IMG/VR virus record: IMGVR_UViG_3300044821_000127
Coordinates: 3,361 to 67,360 of that record
DNA: 64,000 nt
Reading direction: 5' to 3' (one strand)
Origin: a virus
In this document: positions 58,129 to 64,000 of the stretch, piece by piece
Position numbering within the stretch: position 1 is the first letter of the stretch
Layout of the letters: each line of letters opens with the position of its first letter
Notes under the pieces: model-generated
Seen by the model: the letters and a program-made list of their open reading frames with translations, nothing else
Database searches by the model: none
What the model was told of the DNA's origin: nothing
Position numbers and translations under genes: made by a program

Positions 58129-58183
58129 CCGGATAGGCAAGGAATAAACTAATTTAAAATCTTGATAAAAAAAAAAAAAAGAA

Positions 58184-58217
58184 GAAGCCCCGGTACATCC
58201 CTACCGGGGCTTTTTTA
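58184..58217. terminator. bidirectional rho-independent terminator
   Basis: AAGCCCCGGTA/TACCGGGGCTT hairpin with A-run left and T-run right at a convergence point. Confidence 0.85.
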
Positions 58218-58240
58218 TTGGGGGTTGGAGGGGCGGAAAA

Positions 58241-58498
58241 CTAGCTTTCCAGGTTTTGCCATTTTGTTGGCCGAAGGATAACTCTATAGCCCTCACCCAT
58301 TCCTCGGCCGGTCCATTCAATGCCGTCATGGCATGCGTAAATTTGATACATGCGAGCGCGGAGGTGGTAACGAATTCGCCATCCTTTGCCGAGGATGCAA
58401 ATACCGATTTTTGCGCCGCCAAGGGTAATAAGATCGTGACAATTGCCCAGTGATCGTTCACCCACATAGGCGACAAGCCTGTCAGTCATTTTTGCCAT
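58241..58498 (-). CDS. hypothetical protein
   Basis: AAGGA RBS. Confidence 0.6.
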   Translation of the reverse strand: MAKMTDRLVAYVGERSLGNCHDLITLGGAKIGICILGKGWRIRYHLRARMYQIYACHDGIEWTGRGMGEGYRVILRPTKWQNLES

Positions 58499-58511
58499 GA
58501 TAGTAGTCCTT

Positions 58512-58709
58512 TCAATTCCAGGCCATGTTCAGGCCGTATTCTTCTAGGTCTTTCATAGTGAGGTGGTCGGGGATATCTTCACACGTTTCGGCCATTGTGA
58601 CGCCCAGTTGATCAATGGCTTCCATTGTGGTGCGCGCCCGGATCATTGCAACCGCACGCCCGGTATCGACGTCATAGAATTTCACCACATGAGATTTGCT
58701 TTGTGCCAT
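58512..58709 (-). CDS. hypothetical protein
   Basis: Start refined to MAQSKS. Confidence 0.6.
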   Translation of the reverse strand: MAQSKSHVVKFYDVDTGRAVAMIRARTTMEAIDQLGVTMAETCEDIPDHLTMKDLEEYGLNMAWN

Positions 58710-58993
58710 ATTCCTTACTCCCATAAGAAAAGGGTCAGGGATTTTCGGCCCTGGCCCATACTAGGAGGATGGTGGTTAGAAGTCAACGATACCTTTCCGG
58801 TTTGTACGGTGACGGCGGATGGGCCAATCTTCCGGGTCTGGGCGATTTACCTTCCGAACCGTCAGCGGCCTTATTCGCGTCGGCCCGGATCTCAAGATTT
58901 TCCCGGTGATTGGCTCTTTTGTTTTCGCGGTTAAGGTGCTTGGTTGGCCGACCGAGTTTTACTTTCGGTGTAAGGCATTTTTATCTCCACAAG

Positions 58994-60154
58994 TTAGAAG
59001 TCAATAATTGGCGAGGAATATCCGACTTGAGTTTTACTGGCGTCGGGAAGGGCCAGCGCCATCGGGCGGGTGTAGACCTTGGCTAGCATGTCGCCCGCTG
59101 CCGTCTCAATGGCGATCCGGTCGTCCGTGAATGGCACTGAGCGCCCGTAGGCTGTAAGCCCCGTCACCACATCCCACAGTGTCTCCATGGGCCGGTTTTC
59201 GTCGTCCTTGAACGCCTTGACCACCAACGGCACCGTCCGCTTGCCAACCACATTACCCAACATGTCGATGACTTTGGGCTCGTCTAGCTTAGTAAGCTGT
59301 GCGACCTTCAGTCCTTCTTCAATACCCGCCGTACTGGCATTGTGATACGCTTGCAACGCCGGCATCACCCGATCAATCCACAAGTTGGGCGCGTTCTTGC
59401 CGTGCCGAATGCTAACTTCCATAACCTGTTCCGCGCCCCATACGATACGATTGCGACAGACGTCGTCAAAAAGAAATGTGGTGATAGAAAACCGCCGTGC
59501 GCCGACCTCAGAATTGGCAATGAAAAAGCCCCGAGCCATGGTTCCGGTCTTACCATTGCGGCGGTTAGGCAATTCAATCCGTTTCTTTTCATCTGCCAGA
59601 AAAATAAACATATCGTGGTCGGAAGCATAGAGGGTTGTGTTGTCTTTGGTAACGGTGACTTCCTTGCCAAATTCGCCCGGCACAACCCAATCACCATTCA
59701 CCCCATCAATACCACGCGAAAGCAAAAGCCCAGTGATTTCATCGCCCCAAATCCGGCCATACTTGGGGCCGTTCAGGGAGTTAACAATCCGCCCCTCGCC
59801 ATTACTACGCAGGCGAAGGCCCACTTCATTTTCGGAAACCAATTGCATGGAATGGTTGAGGCATTCCGCTGCGAGTGGGACGGGCAGGTTGCGGATATAG
59901 TTCGCGGGCGCGGAAATCTTGCCACATAGGGTTGAAAGAGCGTGGTAGGTCGGAGAGTAGCCGATGCCCGCATTGCCAGTAAGCAACAAGTCGTCATTTT
60001 CCGCCACGATCTTAAGCCCGTTCCAATTGGTGACGATTTCCCGGCTTTCTTGCCGGACGAGAACTTGGGCGTTGTGCATTTCTTGCAGAGAGATGAACCG
60101 CTCGTCGTCCGAACGGGTTGCCCACTGGCGGGAGCACTGCATGAGTTCGGTCAT
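58994..60154 (-). CDS. DUF932/DUF945-family protein
   Basis: QWATRSDDERF..RGFFIANSEVG..F.I.TFLFD.VCRNRIVWG..IRH. Confidence 0.75.
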   Translation of the reverse strand: MTELMQCSRQWATRSDDERFISLQEMHNAQVLVRQESREIVTNWNGLKIVAENDDLLLTGNAGIGYSPTYHALSTLCGKISAPANYIRNLPVPLAAECLNHSMQLVSENEVGLRLRSNGEGRIVNSLNGPKYGRIWGDEITGLLLSRGIDGVNGDWVVPGEFGKEVTVTKDNTTLYASDHDMFIFLADEKKRIELPNRRNGKTGTMARGFFIANSEVGARRFSITTFLFDDVCRNRIVWGAEQVMEVSIRHGKNAPNLWIDRVMPALQAYHNASTAGIEEGLKVAQLTKLDEPKVIDMLGNVVGKRTVPLVVKAFKDDENRPMETLWDVVTGLTAYGRSVPFTDDRIAIETAAGDMLAKVYTRPMALALPDASKTQVGYSSPIIDF

Positions 60155-60253
60155 TTTATTACCTACCTTTCGGGTAGCTGGGGTTAGAAAATTTTACCAA
60201 AATCATCTTAGCAGATTTTCCTCACAAATAAGAAGAATTTTTTATTCCACCAG

Positions 60254-61180
60254 CTAGAATGTTGCGAGCCAGGCAGTTGCGTGAGCTAGTGCATCAGCAG
60301 ACGTCACCACGCCCACAAGCGCCAAGGATATTGGTTGTGCCGCTTCGGCAGGTGTCGGATTTCGACAAAGAGTGTTCTCATAAATCATTGCCACATTCGC
60401 AACGTATGGTGCAAAGTTTTCTGCAACACCATTAATTCCCCGCACAGACAACTGTGCAATCCAGTAATTTAGTCCAACCAAATCTGGAACCCTTGCGAAT
60501 ACGGCTTGGTAGAGCAAAGCAACCGGCGCATCGACCGCCGGAACTGCCGCAGATAACCCAGGATCAATAACCGGGAATGTCAGTCCAAGAGCATGCATTA
60601 CGTCAGGAACAACATGCAATACGTCCGCCGCTAATGTGGGATGCCAGTTGTCAAACATAACGCCCCCGCCAACAACACTGGTATCTACCGTGGCCCAAGA
60701 TAATTCATTATCAATAAGCCCAACATGCAATCCCGCAGCATTAAGGATCGGCACCAACTTCCGATATTCCTCTTGATAAACTGCAAGGTAAGGAACTTGA
60801 TTAGTCAATATAGATGTTGGATTATTGGTGGTCATTAAATAAACTACAGTATTAGAATTCTGTGACTCAATAGATACTACGATATGGGCGACATTTACTG
60901 CCGATTGTTCCAAGCTAATTCCCTGTGCAGTATAAGCATCATTCATATTAAATTCAAGAATAACAGCATCAGGGTGTTGAGATAAAGCAACGGGAGTTTC
61001 GACCACTAAACCATACGCACTAGTTTTTCCGTTGACAGCATCGTTGTAGAGTGTAATTGACGTAGTTGAGGCTACTGCTCCTGCTTTTATTAAATCAGAC
61101 CAACGAATACCGTCTTGTCCGACAGTTCCGGTTGGCATTGCAGTTAGGCTGTCTCCTAAAAGGGATATTGTAATTGTCAT
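60254..61180 (-). CDS. SGNH/GDSL esterase fused to DUF4214
   Basis: GDSLT, G..S, FNMND, DNWHP catalytic blocks; VALLYQAVFARVPD..GLNYW. Confidence 0.8.
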   Translation of the reverse strand: MTITISLLGDSLTAMPTGTVGQDGIRWSDLIKAGAVASTTSITLYNDAVNGKTSAYGLVVETPVALSQHPDAVILEFNMNDAYTAQGISLEQSAVNVAHIVVSIESQNSNTVVYLMTTNNPTSILTNQVPYLAVYQEEYRKLVPILNAAGLHVGLIDNELSWATVDTSVVGGGVMFDNWHPTLAADVLHVVPDVMHALGLTFPVIDPGLSAAVPAVDAPVALLYQAVFARVPDLVGLNYWIAQLSVRGINGVAENFAPYVANVAMIYENTLCRNPTPAEAAQPISLALVGVVTSADALAHATAWLATF

Positions 61181-61437
61181 CTTCCCATTCCTATCAAAAC
61201 CAATTCCCACTCCACCGCATCCATATTCCCTCGCCGCTCATTACATTCCCGACAAGCCGCGACAAGATTATCGCTGGTTCCCAACCCATTCTTGCTTTTC
61301 GGTACATAGTGATCTAGGGTTATTTCTTTCAAATCCAAAGACTTATTATTCATCTGATCCCCGCACCAATAACACCTATTCCTTTGTCGCTTACGAAGCT
61401 TCGCTTTCTTTTCGGCGGATTTATGGATTGTGGTCAT
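61177..61437 (-). CDS. HNH endonuclease
   Basis: CYWC..TLDHYVPKSKNG..NLVAACRECN..RG. Confidence 0.88.
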   Translation of the reverse strand: MTTIHKSAEKKAKLRKRQRNRCYWCGDQMNNKSLDLKEITLDHYVPKSKNGLGTSDNLVAACRECNERRGNMDAVEWELVLIGMGR

Positions 61438-61849
61438 CGGCCAGCCTTTTCAATCTTTGCGAAGCAAGTCAGCGCCCAGGATACAATTTCTGAGGCCAGA
61501 ATTCCTTCCATTGGATCAATAAGAAAACACTCAGTACCGCGCCCGGCTTTAAGTACTTTTCCTCTTGTTGCATAATAGGTCCAAAGAATATCAAACCCAT
61601 TACCTTCAAATTCAATAATCATTTTATTCCTACCTTTCATCCTCACAAACATTTTCAAAATTAGTAAACATCATAAAAACATCATACTTACTACACTTAA
61701 GAAACTTAGCCATAGCTTCTGCTAATCTAAAACATTCTTCATCTGGCGTGTCTCGCCATGCTTCCGAAACAATTTCAGCAAATTGCTTATTCATTAAACC
61801 CTCCTCCCAAAAGAAAAGAGAGAAAACCTTCGCTTTCCCTCTTCCCTAC

Positions 61850-62020
61850 CTAATTCCCATGTTCGCACACATGAATTACATTCCCGTAATTCATCGGCAG
61901 AAAGGTGAATTCATCCTTTGGAAATACCTTGGAAAAGTTCTCCTCCAAATCATACTTTCCATCGGCTTCGATCCTGGCGACTTCTTTCTCAGTCTTGTTC
62001 CAAATAACATTGTAGATCAT
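61850..62020 (-). CDS. small hypothetical protein
   Basis: Translated by hand (MIYNVIWNK...); AAGGAG RBS. Confidence 0.5.
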   Translation of the reverse strand: MIYNVIWNKTEKEVARIEADGKYDLEENFSKVFPKDEFTFLPMNYGNVIHVCEHGN

Positions 62021-62048
62021 TTTATTTACTCCTTTTTACTAAAAAGTT

Positions 62049-62110
62049 TGGTCCGGGTTGCTGGCTTCGAACCAACGACCTATTGCTCTACCTGACTGAG
62101 CTAAACCCGG
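62049..62110 (-). ncRNA. tRNA-like RNA lacking the anticodon arm
   Basis: CCGGGTT TA GCTC AGTCAGGTA GAGC AAT AGGTC GTTGG TTCGAAG CCAGC AACCCGG A CCA. Confidence 0.8.
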
Positions 62111-62208
62111 AAATTTCCTAACCAATCTTACTAAAAAATTTCCTAAAAAAATGGGGCCGAAAGGTTTCCCTCCCAACCCCAAGTTTATCTAACCACCGAG
62201 AGGATGGG

Positions 62209-62817
62209 TTAGAATTCCAAATCCGCGCTTGCGGCTGGCACAACCGTTGTAGTCGCTGTCTTGCCGCTCGCAACATTCTCTTCTGCTTCGGCAGTAATCT
62301 CCGAGCTGTACTTCTTCAACCACTTGGTGGCGAAGCCCTTGTAGGCTTCGCTGGTCTTGGCCGGAAGGGCATAGACCGCCGTTGGGGTGCTGGAGCGGAC
62401 AGGCTGACCGGCGAAGTAACTGGTCAAGTCCGCATGCACAATCCGATCGATTTCGGCCCGAACGGGGCTCTGCCAAGTCTTGGCCGGGAAAGTCGGAATA
62501 GCTCCAGTATGAAATCCGTTCCACATGGCCGTCTTGCGCGCCGCGACTTCCACCTTATATTCGGCCAAGGCCGTGTCAAGCTCGTCCTGGCTGGTAAAAT
62601 CGTCCTTGCCGGGCTTCGTGAGGGTCGCCATCGCAACCCCGTTCATCAAGTCCGCCACGCCAGATTTGACAATGACCACCAAGGCCGTCGGATGGAAGTC
62701 GGTAATCGGCCCCTTGAATGTCGGGCCATCGCCCCGGCTCTTCACCTCTACACCGGCATCCCCGAACAGTGCCACAACGGGGGAAACCACTGGTTCACTC
62801 GTATCTTGCTTACCCAT
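62209..62817 (-). CDS. hypothetical protein ending SADLEF
   Basis: AAGGA RBS; GC3-rich codons. Confidence 0.75.
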   Translation of the reverse strand: MGKQDTSEPVVSPVVALFGDAGVEVKSRGDGPTFKGPITDFHPTALVVIVKSGVADLMNGVAMATLTKPGKDDFTSQDELDTALAEYKVEVAARKTAMWNGFHTGAIPTFPAKTWQSPVRAEIDRIVHADLTSYFAGQPVRSSTPTAVYALPAKTSEAYKGFATKWLKKYSSEITAEAEENVASGKTATTTVVPAASADLEF

Positions 62818-63367
62818 TTTATCGATCCTTGAAAAGTTGTAAGGCGTCATGCCCTTTTAAGATGACGATATTATATCATGGGGATTTCGGGACGCAACAG
62901 AAAACCTCTCATTTCAGAATTATTTTCAAAATTTCTGCCGCGCGATCAGAATAAGCTTTTGTGACCCACACTGCGTTTGGCTCGCTCATTTCCATATGAA
63001 AGTCGGTTACCGCTATTCTTACTACCATGGCTTGTGAAGAAGAAAGAGTAATTCCATTTATTGTAATAATTGCTTCCTCAAACATTTTATTCCATCCTCC
63101 CGAAAAACAAAAGGAAACTAAGATTTCTCCTAACTTCCTATTAAATATTATTTAGGTACTCTACTTCTGTTGAGCTACCTTCAGTTCCTAGAAGGATGAG
63201 GATTTAACTCATATCTCCTGAATAATACCGGCCTTTTTGCTTCGCGTGATACACCAAAAGGATACGGTGCCAGCCTAAGCAGGGAGCCGCCCCAACTCGA
63301 ATAAGTTAGAAAAGAAATGCCCCTCGGTAGGCCGGGTTGTGGGGAGCAACATTTCTACCGAGGGGCA

Positions 63368-63454
63368 AAGCTGTTAAGGGCAGGACTCGAACCTACATCT
63401 CTCCGAGCGTCAGACCGGAACCGATTACCTATACGGCGACACTCTTAACAGCTT
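63368..63454 (-). ncRNA. degenerate tRNA-like element
   Basis: 11-bp closing stem AAGCTGTTAAG/CTTAACAGCTT, GTAGG TTCGAGT CCTGC T-arm, TCCGG/TCGGA arm; no CCA. Confidence 0.55.
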
Positions 63455-63753
63455 ATTCCGATTGGTTGACTAATACCTTAAAGGATGCAACCGCACGGAA
63501 CCTCTAAAAATCCTTTCCTATGAAAATCCACTCAGTATTTATTTAGTTAGTTTTAATCCTCTACTCTCAAATCATCCCAGACAGCTTGATTATAATCAAT
63601 CACCGATCTTATGGGCTCAGGTAGTGATGCCTCTTCTCGATTTTCCGGATAGGCGGTCCATCATGCGATCCGCCAGACACGACGGCCACCATCAACGGCG
63701 CGAATGATAAATTTGTATCCGCTCGTTTTCGAGTACGCGGATGAAGAGTTCCA

Positions 63754-64000
63754 TCACAGTATCAACGCGGCGATGGTTTCGGCAGAGATGAGAGCCCGCA
63801 CCGCATCTGCCGTTTTCAATTGCATGGTCTTGCGAGCATAAGCAGCATCAGCAGCATCAGCATCAGCAGCATAAGCAGCAGCAGCAGCATAAGCAGCAGC
63901 AGCAGCAGCATAAGCAGCAGCAGCAGCATAAGCAGCAGCAGCAGCAGCATAAGCAGCAGCAGCAGCAGCATAAGCAGCAGCAGCAGCATAAGCAGCAGCC
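63754..64000 (-). CDS. Ala/Tyr low-complexity phage protein, 3' part
   Basis: (GCT)n-TAT repeats read AAAAYAAA... then YARKTMQLKTADAVRALISAETIAALIL*. Confidence 0.6.
   Translation of the reverse strand, partial: AAAYAAAAAYAAAAAAYAAAAAAYAAAAAYAAAAAAYAAAAAYAADADAADAAYARKTMQLKTADAVRALISAETIAALIL
63835..64000. repeat. (AGC)n-ATA tandem repeat
   Basis: Units of variable length built from AGC and ATA triplets. Confidence 0.9.

Noticed and set aside
62187-62214. Integron attC site (TTCTAAC...GTTAGAT)
   Set aside because: Only about 28 bp, too short for attC; no L boxes and no integron integrase.
63835-64000. CRISPR array
   Set aside because: Triplet low-complexity repeat with no unique spacers; it reads as Ala/Tyr coding sequence on the - strand.

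Overview
This window is most of a tailed dsDNA phage genome with a podovirus-type (BPP-1/epsilon15-like) virion module. No integrase, reverse transcriptase or RNA polymerase is visible. Positions 1-18.7 kb (+ strand) carry early and replication genes: a partial UvrD helicase, HIRAN, a DenV-like glycosylase, a Cas4/RecB-like nuclease, a Sak4-like ATPase, SSB, tRNA-Gln, a split PolA (UDG plus exonuclease, then the polymerase half) and a DUF3987-type helicase. Positions 18.7-55.1 kb (- strand) form the late operon: terS, terL with an intein, portal, scaffold, major capsid, cement and staple proteins, appendage proteins, three adaptor paralogs, nozzle, ejection proteins and a lysis cassette with a lipase. 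A control region at 55.2-56.6 kb holds a perfect sigma54 promoter inside a large inverted repeat. Positions 56.6-64 kb hold accessory genes and RNA elements. The main observations are: (1) five fibre/spike-region proteins all carry Sec signal peptides predicted to cleave before Gln, three of them with paired cysteines, next to a triplicated head-tail adaptor, which suggests virion appendages that mature in the periplasm; (2) the scaffold C-terminal motif SPLYTHPTS is reused on small basic proteins, a possible capsid-loading tag; (3) a tRNA has no anticodon arm; (4) exact 48-52 bp self-copies of phage genes, one circularly permuted, sit inside GC-rich acquired DNA; (5) there is an unexplained structured RNA of about 200 nt. 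All protein calls come from motif recognition by eye; no database search was run.
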